Positions 37,345 to 46,903 of a stretch of DNA of 55,534 bases are shown here, one piece after another; the stretch's first letter is position 1; every line of letters starts with the position of its first letter. The notes beneath the pieces are model-generated. The model worked only from the letters and a program-made list of their open reading frames with translations. It did no database searches and was not told the DNA's origin. A program made the translations under genes and the position numbers. Location: NCBI GenBank assembly GCA_020052235.1, contig JAGVPM010000082.1, positions 1-55,534 of the forward strand, in the 5' to 3' direction. Source of the stretch: Candidatus Goldiibacteriota bacterium. Its GTDB lineage: Bacteria > Oederibacteriota > JAAXVQ01.

Positions 37345-38634
37345 TTATTTCGTCTCCTGCTCCACCCGCTGGATATTGGCCCGGGCTTTGGGGTGTTCAG
37401 GATCCAATTCCAAAGTTTCCGTCCATGCGGCCAAGGCTTCGTCCAATTCCCCGCGTTGATATGCCGCCAAACCATCTTCGTAGCGCACTTGCGCAGCGCG
37501 GCGTTTTTTTTCCACGGATTCAGTTAATTCTTTTTTAGCGCGCAACAGTTGCCCGCGAATGCCCGCATCCTGGGGGTCCGCGGCCGCCGCGGCTTCCCAA
37601 GCGCTGATGGCCGCAGGCAAATTGCCTTTGTGATAAGCTTCCACACCTCGGTTGTAAAGCTTCTGGGCCTCGGCCTTGGTGCCCTGAGACTTCCTTTGCG
37701 TTTCCAAACCGGCGCGCACGCTTTTGACTCCACTTAAAGCATCGGCGTTTTCAGGGAAAATCGCTAATACTTTTTCAAAGCTTGCCAAGGCAGCGTTCGT
37801 TTTTCCATTCGCCAAATCCCGGTTGGCCTGATCCAGAATTCGGCTTACGATGTTATCAACTTCCCGCCGTGTCCGCGCCGCGCCGTCGGCCGCACCCTCG
37901 GGCAACGGCTGCATGCGTTGTGCCTCCAGCCAGGCTTGGTAGGCTTTCACCCACTCTTGGGCACGTTCCGCGTCCCGGGCTTGCGCCACCAAAATTTGCG
38001 CCTGGGCCAGATCCTTCAACTTCGCCAATTCCCGGCGCGTTTTTTCCAAATATTTTTTAACTTGCACTTGCTCGGAATTCAACTTGGCGGCTTCTGAAAA
38101 CTTAATTTCCGCGCCATCCCATTCCTTTTTACGGTACAACTTCATACCTTCCTGATAAAGGTTTTCGGTCATCCGGTCAAAAACGCGCCGGGCATCGGGC
38201 TGATACCGCTCTTCCGCCATGCGATTTAATCCTTCTTGGGCCGGAACGTGTTGCGGGTCGAGCACCAATATTTGTTTATACATCAATTCAGCTTCTTTCA
38301 ACTGACTGGCTTGGTAAAGCCGCTCGGCTTGACAATAGTCCGCATTTACCCTTTGGCCCAGATCGCCTTCCGGCAATGCCATGGCTTCGGATCCGGTGCC
38401 CGGATTTTCGGCCTTGTGGATTTTCTGCGCCAACTCCTGCCGGGATGGGTCCAATTTCAACGCCAGGCGCCATTCAGCCACGGCTTCGGCAACCCGCCCT
38501 CGTTGAAAAATTTCTTCGCCCTTGGCCGCATGCCTGCCTGCGGCGCGCGCCTGATTTTCGCTTAAGCTTGCACACCCCGATAAGTTCAATGACCCTGCCA
38601 GAGCCAGCACCAATGCTATTGCCGCGCACTTCAT
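37345..38634 (-). CDS. TPR repeat lipoprotein
   Basis: ATG 38634 has an AGGAGG RBS. Lipobox LSGC and many TPRs (W..AL.LDP). Confidence 0.85.
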   Translation of the reverse strand: MKCAAIALVLALAGSLNLSGCASLSENQARAAGRHAAKGEEIFQRGRVAEAVAEWRLALKLDPSRQELAQKIHKAENPGTGSEAMALPEGDLGQRVNADYCQAERLYQASQLKEAELMYKQILVLDPQHVPAQEGLNRMAEERYQPDARRVFDRMTENLYQEGMKLYRKKEWDGAEIKFSEAAKLNSEQVQVKKYLEKTRRELAKLKDLAQAQILVAQARDAERAQEWVKAYQAWLEAQRMQPLPEGAADGAARTRREVDNIVSRILDQANRDLANGKTNAALASFEKVLAIFPENADALSGVKSVRAGLETQRKSQGTKAEAQKLYNRGVEAYHKGNLPAAISAWEAAAAADPQDAGIRGQLLRAKKELTESVEKKRRAAQVRYEDGLAAYQRGELDEALAAWTETLELDPEHPKARANIQRVEQETK

Positions 38635-38677
38635 GCCTTGCCTCCTAAATAGATTTCCCGCCCGCCGCCCATACACA

Positions 38678-39028
38678 CTACGCTTCCTCCCATACCAATT
38701 GATCGCCGATTCGGCCCTGATTTTGCGCAAAGGTCCCGGCGGCCAGTTCCAAAACAGCTTGCGCTCGCTGAACCCTTGACCCGATCCGCCAGGGATGCAG
38801 GGTTTCGCATTGGATGACATATCCTTGTTGGTCCAGATAGAGCGCATCGATGGCATAGGCCATGCCCAAGGTGTGAATCCAGCGGCACGGCACGAGGAGC
38901 AAACCCGTACCCGGGTTTAAGCGCGGAAATGCCCATAATCCCAACCCGCGCTGCCAAAATGTTTTGGCCATCCGGGCATTTTTCACCACGATTCGATTGC
39001 GCGTGCGGTTAAAAATTTTCATGTGCAT
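38678..39028 (-). CDS. DUF192 domain protein
   Basis: Motifs A.TFWQR.LGL, IHTLGM.YAID.LYLD and VLEL.AG. Confidence 0.88.
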   Translation of the reverse strand: MHMKIFNRTRNRIVVKNARMAKTFWQRGLGLWAFPRLNPGTGLLLVPCRWIHTLGMAYAIDALYLDQQGYVIQCETLHPWRIGSRVQRAQAVLELAAGTFAQNQGRIGDQLVWEEA

Positions 39029-39089
39029 AATTTTATCAGAGGCACGCTTAAATTGCCAGATTCGAATCCCGGTTGAAATCGCATTTTCG

Positions 39090-39137
39090 GTTTATAAATA
39101 TTTATAAACGTAGAGACGCAAAATTTTGCGTCTCTAC
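39090..39137. repeat. 20-bp AT palindrome directly abutting a 28-bp GTAG-type REP
   Basis: GTTTATAAATATTTATAAAC (39090-39109) followed by GTAGAGACGCAAAATTTTGCGTCTCTAC (39110-39137). Confidence 0.8.
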
Positions 39138-39249
39138 AATTTTTAATTGTAACCATGCCTAAAGTTTCCCGCTCCGATTCCGAAGCTTGTAATAACCGAG
39201 CCAGAAGAATGAAAAAGCGCGCGCCGTCCCCCTATCCGGCCGCGCTTTT

Positions 39250-41643
39250 TCATTTCCAGCAACTCCACCGCATGCTGCCGTCCGATGCTACCACAACTTC
39301 CACGGCGCCAAATTGAGCTGTGTCCAAGGCCAGGCCGGAGAACCGCTTGATGCGCTCCCACGTATTAAAATCCGGAAATTTGTGCATCCCGAAAAACCCG
39401 GATTGAACCACGGAAATTTCCGGCATTACTTGGGCCAGAAAACGCTCCCCCGACGCATGCCTGGACCCATGATGCGCCACTTTTAATATCCGGCATTTTT
39501 TCAACCCCGGCCAAAGATCCTCGCAGGCCTGATCAACGTCCCCAGTGAATAACGCATTTCCTCCGGGGAAATCCCACCACGCCACCAGGCTATTGCCATT
39601 GTTGGCCCGGCTATTTTTTCTAATCGTTCCGGGTGTGCCGGTTTTAATTACGCGGCGTTTGCGCCCTCCTTCCTTGGGTTCAAGCGCCGGATCATAATGG
39701 CGCGGCGGCCAAAGGACTGCGAACTTTAAATCCGGCGCCAAACAGACGTTGGCGCCCTGAATCAGCGCATGCCGGACGCCGGTATAAGCGCCCAGCAGCT
39801 GTTTGATCCGCTCTGAACTACGGTCATCGGAACCGGAATAATAAATTTGCCGGGGGCGAAAATACTTTAAGCAAACTTCCGCGCCCCCGGCATGGTCAGA
39901 ATCGGGGTGGGAAAGCATGAGCCCGTCCAATCGGTTTATGCCTTGGGCGGCTAAAAAATTTTTCACCCGCCATAAAAACTCGCCTTCCGTGCCTGTGTCG
40001 ATCAACACCTTCTCACCTGTGGAATTCTCCAACAGGGAAGCTTCGCCAATCCCCAAATCCAGAAAAGTAATCCTGGTCTGCCCCGGATTCAAGGCTTCCG
40101 GTTTCATGGCCGCATACCAAAGCAGATGGATAAGCAGGCATACCGTGCCCGGCCGGCGCGTGGGTTTCCACAGGGCCGCGATTCCGGCCGCATACATGCC
40201 CGCCACCCAAAGCGCTTCCCCGCGCCAAATAAAAATTCTTCCCCAGGGAATCTTTTCCGCGCTTTGGGCCAGCAGCGCCAATCCTCCTGCCGCCCATCCG
40301 GTCAGTATTCCCAGGCCCTGGCTTAACCAAGGAAAATTATTTCCCAACAACCCCAACAACAATCCGCCGTCCGTGGCCGCGGTCACCAGGGGTATGGCCA
40401 ATAAATTGGTGACAAGTCCAATGGGAGTCACGCTGTAAAAATAAAAACATTGCAGCGGCAGCGCGGCGGTCAAGGCTGCCAGCGTTAGCCCGATCAAGGC
40501 CGGCCCTTGTTTCAGCCAACCACGCCAACCTTGCGCTGAAATCCGCAACCACGGTGCCGCAATGATCAGCCCCGCTGTGGCCGCAAAGGATAATTGAAAC
40601 CCCGGTTGCGCGCCGCTGAGCGGATCGATCGCCAGGAGAACCAACCCCGACAAGCTTAACGCCGACAGGGCATCGGCCCGCCGTTCACTCCACAACCCGA
40701 TAATCGAGACACACGCCATGATGGCCGCGCGCACGATGGATGCACTGGCCCCCACCATGGCGCTAAACACGCCTACGCTCAACAGCCCGGCCAGCCATAA
40801 CCATTTACGCGGCACCCGGCATAGGCGCCCGATGCCAAACAGCGAGGTCAACACCAGGCCTATATTCATACCTGAAACTGCAAACAAATGTGCCATGCCC
40901 GTGGCCGCCATGGTCTCTTGGCAAGTGCGCCGCAAACCCGAACGGTCGCCCAATACCAGTGAAATGACCCACTCCCGCTCTTCCGGCGGAACCCAACGGC
41001 GGATGGATTGTACCCAGCGGCGGTGCAGGATTGACCCCATGCGCCGCACCCATGAGGCTTGCGACAGATACACCACGTCCGCGCGCTGCTTGATGCGGCA
41101 ACTTCCGTACACGCCTTGTTGGCGTTTATATTCCGCCAGATTCCACTCCCCCGGATTTCCCGGGCCCGGGATCATTTCCAACGCGCCCCTTACAGCCACT
41201 GCATCCCCGCCCGACCACGCAGGACAGTTGCCCGGCACATGAATTTTTACCGCACCCGATACCGGAATGCGCCGGGTTCCCTTCACAATGCTTTGGCAGT
41301 CCACCTCCGCCTGCCAGCCTTGGCCAAATGCATCTGCTTCCGGCCACTGCCGCAACGCGCCTTCGATTCGGATATCCGCGCAAGGCATGAAATGGGATAT
41401 GCCGTCCTCCGGAGTCTGAACAGCCTGCCAGGCCAAACAGGTGTAAACGCCCCCTGCTGCCAATGCCGCCCCTGCCCAAAACCAGCCGGTTTTTCGCGCC
41501 AGCACTGCCGCCATCAACCCGCCCCAGGCAACTGCCCACCATCCCGCGCCAATTCCAAAACCGCGGGCACCCAAAAGGCATCCGGCCTCAGCCATCAGTG
41601 CCAGGGGAATTAAAGGTTTAAAAAAAAGCCGCGGAATATCCAT
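39250..41643 (-). CDS. comEC: Competence protein ComEC/Rec2
   Basis: DUF4131 region, competence domain (G.AHLFAVSGMNIG, GFQLSFAAT) and metallo-beta-lactamase domain (SHPDSDHAGG, LKVAHHGS). Confidence 0.92.
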   Translation of the reverse strand: MDIPRLFFKPLIPLALMAEAGCLLGARGFGIGAGWWAVAWGGLMAAVLARKTGWFWAGAALAAGGVYTCLAWQAVQTPEDGISHFMPCADIRIEGALRQWPEADAFGQGWQAEVDCQSIVKGTRRIPVSGAVKIHVPGNCPAWSGGDAVAVRGALEMIPGPGNPGEWNLAEYKRQQGVYGSCRIKQRADVVYLSQASWVRRMGSILHRRWVQSIRRWVPPEEREWVISLVLGDRSGLRRTCQETMAATGMAHLFAVSGMNIGLVLTSLFGIGRLCRVPRKWLWLAGLLSVGVFSAMVGASASIVRAAIMACVSIIGLWSERRADALSALSLSGLVLLAIDPLSGAQPGFQLSFAATAGLIIAAPWLRISAQGWRGWLKQGPALIGLTLAALTAALPLQCFYFYSVTPIGLVTNLLAIPLVTAATDGGLLLGLLGNNFPWLSQGLGILTGWAAGGLALLAQSAEKIPWGRIFIWRGEALWVAGMYAAGIAALWKPTRRPGTVCLLIHLLWYAAMKPEALNPGQTRITFLDLGIGEASLLENSTGEKVLIDTGTEGEFLWRVKNFLAAQGINRLDGLMLSHPDSDHAGGAEVCLKYFRPRQIYYSGSDDRSSERIKQLLGAYTGVRHALIQGANVCLAPDLKFAVLWPPRHYDPALEPKEGGRKRRVIKTGTPGTIRKNSRANNGNSLVAWWDFPGGNALFTGDVDQACEDLWPGLKKCRILKVAHHGSRHASGERFLAQVMPEISVVQSGFFGMHKFPDFNTWERIKRFSGLALDTAQFGAVEVVVASDGSMRWSCWK

Positions 41644-41698
41644 GTTTCATTGGACATTCCACGGCAAAAATCATCGCATAATTTTTATTAATATATGT

Positions 41699-41726
41699 GT
41701 AGAGACGCAAAATTTTGCGTCTCTAC
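41699..41726. repeat. GTAG-type REP identical to 39110-39137
   Basis: GTAGAGACGCAAAATTTTGCGTCTCTAC. Confidence 0.82.
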
Positions 41727-41744
41727 GATTTAATGTTTATTTAA

Positions 41745-42725
41745 TTATTGGGTTAGGGTTTGCGGTGTCAAGACTACGACTTGATCGTGCTGGGTGTCGC
41801 ATACGGCCAGCGCTCCGTTGGGAAGGACTTGCATGCTGCCTGGGAAAAAACCGGTTTTTACGGTTCCAATAACCTGGGCCTGAACCACATTGATGGCCAC
41901 CAAACGGTAGGAATCCTCGCAGGCCACCCACAACGTTTGGCCTTGAAGCGCCAAGGAATTGGGTTGGCGCCGCACCTTGATGCGCGCGCTTTCCTTGCGC
42001 TTGATAATATCCACCAACGATATGTCGTGCGATCCATAGTTGGAAACACAGGCCGTGTTCCCAAACAAAACCACATCGCGCGGATAAATCCCCACCGGAA
42101 CCCGCGCCACTTCCGTGCCCGTCTGCGCATCCACAATGCTGAGGGCATTTTCGCCCTTAAGCGTCACCAACGCCAAATTGCCGTCAATGGAAAATGCAAT
42201 GTGCTGCGGATAACGCCCCAAAGAAATTTTTGTTTTAATCATCAACTGTTTGGCGGTTAACGCACAAACCGCCCCAACCCCGTCGCAAACCCACAGTTCG
42301 TTATGCCCGGGCCGCATGGCCGCGCTGCTGGCGAGCGACAGGGAGCCGGAACTAAGATTTTTTTCTATTTTTAAAGGCGCAGCGGATAAAATGGAAAAAA
42401 CAGATTCTTGCGGATACATGCAATACACTATTTGATTGGACGCATCGTGCACTAAAAATCCGGGTTTGGAGCGCACGGTAAGGCTTTGCTGAACTTTCAT
42501 TTTCACCGGATCGACGACGTCAATGGTTCCGCCCCCGCTGCAACTCACCAGCAGCGTGCCCGCGGCTCCGGCAATGATGCACCCCGGCCCTTTGCCCACG
42601 GCCACCCCGGCGGACTGAACGGGCAACACGGGGCTTTTATCCGAAGCGCAGCCTGCCAATACCAGCAGGCACGCCACTCCCAGCCAAGCCCGAAAAAGTT
42701 TAACGCCCGAATGCATCGATCGCAT
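41745..42725 (-). CDS. YncE/YVTN-type beta-propeller lipoprotein
   Basis: Lipobox LAGC and repeats such as VPVGIYPRDV and VSNYGSHDISLVD. Exact start uncertain. Confidence 0.82.
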   Translation of the reverse strand: MRSMHSGVKLFRAWLGVACLLVLAGCASDKSPVLPVQSAGVAVGKGPGCIIAGAAGTLLVSCSGGGTIDVVDPVKMKVQQSLTVRSKPGFLVHDASNQIVYCMYPQESVFSILSAAPLKIEKNLSSGSLSLASSAAMRPGHNELWVCDGVGAVCALTAKQLMIKTKISLGRYPQHIAFSIDGNLALVTLKGENALSIVDAQTGTEVARVPVGIYPRDVVLFGNTACVSNYGSHDISLVDIIKRKESARIKVRRQPNSLALQGQTLWVACEDSYRLVAINVVQAQVIGTVKTGFFPGSMQVLPNGALAVCDTQHDQVVVLTPQTLTQ

Positions 42726-43068
42726 CGTCTACGCTTTTATAGGAATAAATCAAGTTGGAAAAAGCCAGCAGATTGAACACGTTCTTCACTTCGTTGGTCA
42801 TGGAGGCCAGTTTAATGTCCCCATGATGTTCGCGCGTTTTGTGGAGCAGGCTGATGAACAGCCCCCATCCGGCCGAAGACACATACGTTACTTTTTCCAT
42901 GTTCAGGATCATTTTGTAACGCTGTTCCCGCAAGAGCGCAGAAAGCTTTTCATCCAAAATCAGTGTTGTGCCGGTATCCACCACACCCGTGATATCAACC
43001 ATGGTAATGTTTCTTTTCTCGTCGTATCGCACTTCAACCTGGATGGTTCCATCTTTGCGCGTGCTCAT
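42700..43068 (-). CDS. STAS domain anti-sigma-factor antagonist
   Basis: Motifs ILNMEKVTYVSSAGWG (phosphorylatable Ser) and GDIKL. Confidence 0.9.
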   Translation of the reverse strand: MSTRKDGTIQVEVRYDEKRNITMVDITGVVDTGTTLILDEKLSALLREQRYKMILNMEKVTYVSSAGWGLFISLLHKTREHHGDIKLASMTNEVKNVFNLLAFSNLIYSYKSVDDAIDAFGR

Positions 43069-43090
43069 GCTGTTTGCCTCCTAATCCGAA

Positions 43091-44611
43091 TCAATCTACT
43101 TTTAAAATAATTGCGGCAATGTCGTCGTTTTGGGGAACATCTCCGCAAAATGACGTCAATTGCCCGTCCAGTTCCCGCATCAGATCCCCGGCCTGGGACG
43201 CGGATTTATGCTGCTTTAAAAAGGCCTGCAGCCCGCTTTCGCCGAACTCTTCCCGCTCGGCATTCATGGCTTCCGTGACCCCGTCCGTATACAATACCAC
43301 AACATCGCCCGCTGTCAGAGCTATTTTCTTTTCCTGCAGCAGTTTTTCAAAGAGCGTTCCCTTGTCCACCCCGACCGGAAGGCACGGGGGCTCGGAGCCC
43401 AGGAGCCTGAATTTTTGATGAGTCGAGTTCCACAACATGGCCGGGTTATGTCCGGCCGACGCATAGGTGAAGGTTTTCTTGGAAATATCCAGCACCGCGT
43501 AAAAAACCGTAATGAACATGCCGCCTTTTAAATCGCTGTGCAACAAGCGGTTCAATTCCTTCACCACCTGGGCCGGCGAGGAAAAATTGTGCGCCATGCC
43601 CTTCAGCATGCTCCGGGCCACGCTCATCAGCATGGCCGCCGGAATGCCTTTGCCGCAAACGTCCGCGACCGCGATGCCCAATTTATGCTTATCCAGCCAT
43701 AAAAAATCGTAATAATCGCCGCCCACTTCCTTGGCCGCGCGGTACAAGGCGCCGAAAGAAAACCCTTCCACCTGCGGAGTATGTTTGGGCAGCAGGCTTT
43801 GCTGAATCTGATGGGCCAGTTGCAGTTCTTTTTTTATGCGCTCCTGCTCCAAAGCCCTTTCGGTGGCGGCTTTCAATTCCAAGGTCATGCGGTTGAAGGT
43901 GATGGCCAACTCGCCCAATTCATTATTCCGCATGGCGGGAATTTGATACTCCAGGTTGCCGCCGCCGATGGCTTCGACGCCTTTCGTTAGTTCCGAAATC
44001 GGGCGCAGCATCAACGTCACCAGCACAATGGAGCCCAACAACCCGCCCGACAAAAAGAGAAAAGCAACCAACGTTACCTGTTTCCAAGCGCGGCGCACCA
44101 CTTTATCAATCGTAGATTTTGAAACTCCCAGGTGCACTTCCCCGATTTTGGACGTTCCCTGCAAAATCAAGGGTATGCCAATATCAATCACCCGCCCGGC
44201 CTGGGGATGCGTCCAGGTAAACGCGCGGGCCGCCGGCCGGTCCAGGGGATAATCCCCCCGGGGCCGCGTATAAGCCTTGCCGATCAGATCCGACTTGTCC
44301 GACGCCACTACGCGCCCGTTGCGGTCGATGATCAGTGCATAAAGCATATCTTCATTTTTCATGACATCGGCCACCAAGGTAGCCAAGGTGAGTTTATCGT
44401 TGGTTAAAAAAGGATCTTGGCCGTGTGCGGCCACATACTGCGCCAGGGCCATACCGCGGCGCGTGACTTCCTGGGTCAAGGCTTCGCGCTCCTGGCGGAG
44501 GGTAAACCAAGTCAGCACCAAAATACTTACGGCCAACAGGAGCATAACCCAAAGTGCGAGCTCAACTTTAACGCTGGATTTCCTGGATTTTGGATGCAAC
44601 ACGCTGGTCAT
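43091..44611 (-). CDS. SpoIIE/RsbU-type PP2C phosphatase with membrane sensor and HAMP domains
   Basis: Two TM segments, HAMP, and motifs VGGDYYD, ADVCGKG, SAGHNP, LYTDGVTEA and DDIA. Confidence 0.92.
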   Translation of the reverse strand: MTSVLHPKSRKSSVKVELALWVMLLLAVSILVLTWFTLRQEREALTQEVTRRGMALAQYVAAHGQDPFLTNDKLTLATLVADVMKNEDMLYALIIDRNGRVVASDKSDLIGKAYTRPRGDYPLDRPAARAFTWTHPQAGRVIDIGIPLILQGTSKIGEVHLGVSKSTIDKVVRRAWKQVTLVAFLFLSGGLLGSIVLVTLMLRPISELTKGVEAIGGGNLEYQIPAMRNNELGELAITFNRMTLELKAATERALEQERIKKELQLAHQIQQSLLPKHTPQVEGFSFGALYRAAKEVGGDYYDFLWLDKHKLGIAVADVCGKGIPAAMLMSVARSMLKGMAHNFSSPAQVVKELNRLLHSDLKGGMFITVFYAVLDISKKTFTYASAGHNPAMLWNSTHQKFRLLGSEPPCLPVGVDKGTLFEKLLQEKKIALTAGDVVVLYTDGVTEAMNAEREEFGESGLQAFLKQHKSASQAGDLMRELDGQLTSFCGDVPQNDDIAAIILKVD

Positions 44612-44701
44612 GGTCGCCTCATAAACGTTGGTCGCGTTGGCGCGGGCAGTATTTTGTGATTATACACGAATCCCAAGGCTTTGTAATTGGGAAAACAAAC
44701 A

Positions 44702-46273
44702 TCAGCGCAGCAAAAATACAGTGGCGCTGAAATGTTGATTTTCTGTCTCGATCCGGCAGGCATAGACACCGCCTTCGCAAAGCATGCCTTGCGCATTTTT
44801 TCCATCCCAGTCCAACGTATCATTTAATGTAATAACGCATCTGCCTTTGAGGTTGAATATTTTAATTTTCAAGGATGCATACGAACTATTTTGCGGACAA
44901 TTAAAATGCGCTTTTTGGCCACGAACCGGTGCGAAAGGATTGGGGGTTATGACCCACCGCGATGTCCCGGCACCGGCCAATGGAGTTAGCGTCGCCGTTG
45001 TACTCGCTGATTCCGTGGACGATGGCGTGGGGGAGAGCAACGGCGGGGTCTGCGTGCTCGTTGGTGTTAGGGTGGCTGTTTGGGTAATCGTGGCCGTGGG
45101 GGTGGGCGTTAAATAGTGTTGCACATATATTTGATATTTCGCGCTGGTTTGATCCTTCTCTTGCCAAGTAAGATATAAAGTATTCCCCATAAAAGCAATA
45201 TAAGCAGACAACGCATCCTGAGTTGAAACTTTATTTAAACTTCCGCCCAGTAAATTCCAAACAGACCCATTAAAAACCGCGGCATATATTTGGCCTGCAG
45301 TACCGGCATTTTCAGCCCATGAAGAATACAAAACATCGTTATAAAAGGCCAACATAGGCCTTTGGGCATTTACATTACTATTTACATTTAGCGCTGATCC
45401 ATCCTGAGCCCAACCGGCTCCATCATAATGCTTCACACAGGCAAGCAACGTTGTGCCGGATGCTTCTAAAAAAGAAACATACGGCGTACCGGAGGAATTT
45501 AATGCAAGGGAAGGCCACTGCGCATCCGCGTTCGTATTATTATTAAGGCTGCCTCCCACCGCCTGCCAATCGGTTCCATTAAAATATTTCACATAAACCT
45601 GCCTGATCGTACCTTCGGTCCACGCTACATACGGCGTGCCATTAAACATGCGCAAATCCGGGTCTGTGGCATTTTCGTTTTCATTAATATTCAAATAATT
45701 GCCATCTTGTTGCCACGAGGCTCCATTCCAATGTTTGACAATCACTTTGCAGGCTACTCCGGCGGCAAATTCATACCATGAAACATACGGCGTAATGTTG
45801 TTAAATTGTATATCCGACCGCCAAGCCACGCCTGTGTTGCCATATATATTTAGGTTGCCGCCCACGGATGCCCAAGCAGCTCCAATATAATTTTTCACAT
45901 TAACTTGATAATAACTATTTGTGGAATTAGTTGATTCGGTCCATACCACATGCGGCGTGGTATTATCAACAGCGATTCCCGGCATCCTCGCATCGCGGTT
46001 GCCGTCCATATTCAGGCTTCCGCCCACCAAATCCCAGCTTGATCCATTAAGTCTTTTTACATATATATTGGAAGTATTGCCATACATTTCCCGCCAGGTC
46101 ACCCAGGCCGCATAAGGTTCGCTCTTCGAAAAAGCCATCGCCGCCACATAGGCATTCTCATTTTGATTGAAATTCAGACTATCCCCGTCTTGCATCCATC
46201 CGGCCCAGGATGGTTGGCTGGTTAGGATCAAGGCCATCGCCGCCAGTGCCAGCCGCACTAAGCAGGCGTTCAT
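44702..46273 (-). CDS. Secreted repeat (propeller-like) protein with Thr/Pro linker and T9SS-like C-terminal domain
   Basis: Signal peptide, about 55-aa repeats (PYVAW.E..YVK..NG..W..VGGSLN) and CTD ITPNPF..IFNLKG..WDGKN..GGVY. ATG 46273 overlaps the upstream TGA. Confidence 0.82.
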   Translation of the reverse strand: MNACLVRLALAAMALILTSQPSWAGWMQDGDSLNFNQNENAYVAAMAFSKSEPYAAWVTWREMYGNTSNIYVKRLNGSSWDLVGGSLNMDGNRDARMPGIAVDNTTPHVVWTESTNSTNSYYQVNVKNYIGAAWASVGGNLNIYGNTGVAWRSDIQFNNITPYVSWYEFAAGVACKVIVKHWNGASWQQDGNYLNINENENATDPDLRMFNGTPYVAWTEGTIRQVYVKYFNGTDWQAVGGSLNNNTNADAQWPSLALNSSGTPYVSFLEASGTTLLACVKHYDGAGWAQDGSALNVNSNVNAQRPMLAFYNDVLYSSWAENAGTAGQIYAAVFNGSVWNLLGGSLNKVSTQDALSAYIAFMGNTLYLTWQEKDQTSAKYQIYVQHYLTPTPTATITQTATLTPTSTQTPPLLSPTPSSTESASTTATLTPLAGAGTSRWVITPNPFAPVRGQKAHFNCPQNSSYASLKIKIFNLKGRCVITLNDTLDWDGKNAQGMLCEGGVYACRIETENQHFSATVFLLR

Positions 46274-46903
46274 GGGGCCAGCGCAAACTTGACCCGCCGC
46301 ACGCTGCGCCCATCGACTTTCAAATGTGCCAGATAAATGCCTGGTGCCATGCCGCGGCAATTCCAGGCCACCACGTGGGGTTCGGCCGTGGGATGGCTGA
46401 CGCGCACATTGGCAATGTGCTCACCGTATACGTTGTAGACATCGACTTCGCTGCTCAAACCGGCAGGCAGGATGAATTTGACCTGCTCATGCGCGGGATT
46501 GGGGAAAGCCGTGCCTTCCCACGCCGATAAATTGTTGTGTGCGTCCAAGGCCGTGGCTGTGCTCGTCGGCGTGGCCGTGGGCACCAAGGTCGCGGTTTCC
46601 GAAGCGTGCGGCGTGGCCGTGGTGGTGATCGTACTGCTTAACGTGACTGTCGGCGTGGGCGTAAATGTAGGTGTCACCGTAGCGGTGAGCGTGATTGTTC
46701 CCGAAGGCGTAACCGTGCCGGACTGGGTAGCTGTCAAGGTTTGCGTCGCTGTCGGCGAATACGTGGGAGTCATGGTAACGGTGCGTGTAATCGTGGGCGA
46801 AGCAGTCCGGCTGGGCGTGGCTGTAACAGTTGAAGTAACTGTTGGGCTTACCGAAGGGGTGGGTGTAGATGTGAACGTCACGGTAGTGCTGGACGTTGGG
46901 GAT
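46270..46903 (-). pseudogene. Out-of-frame C-terminal part (Thr/Pro stalk + CTD) of the upstream beta-helix gene
   Basis: Reads PSPTSSTTVTFT...AFPNPA...YNVYGE..WNC..APGIY. It has no signal peptide of its own and joins the upstream ORF if one C is added to the C7 run. Confidence 0.75.

Noticed and set aside
39110-41726. CRISPR array from the repeated 28-bp palindrome
   Set aside because: Only two copies, 2.6 kb apart with a gene between them, and no cas genes.
46540-46900. Tandem DNA repeat / VNTR
   Set aside because: Low-complexity Thr/Pro codons with varied third positions indicate a protein linker, not a nucleotide repeat.
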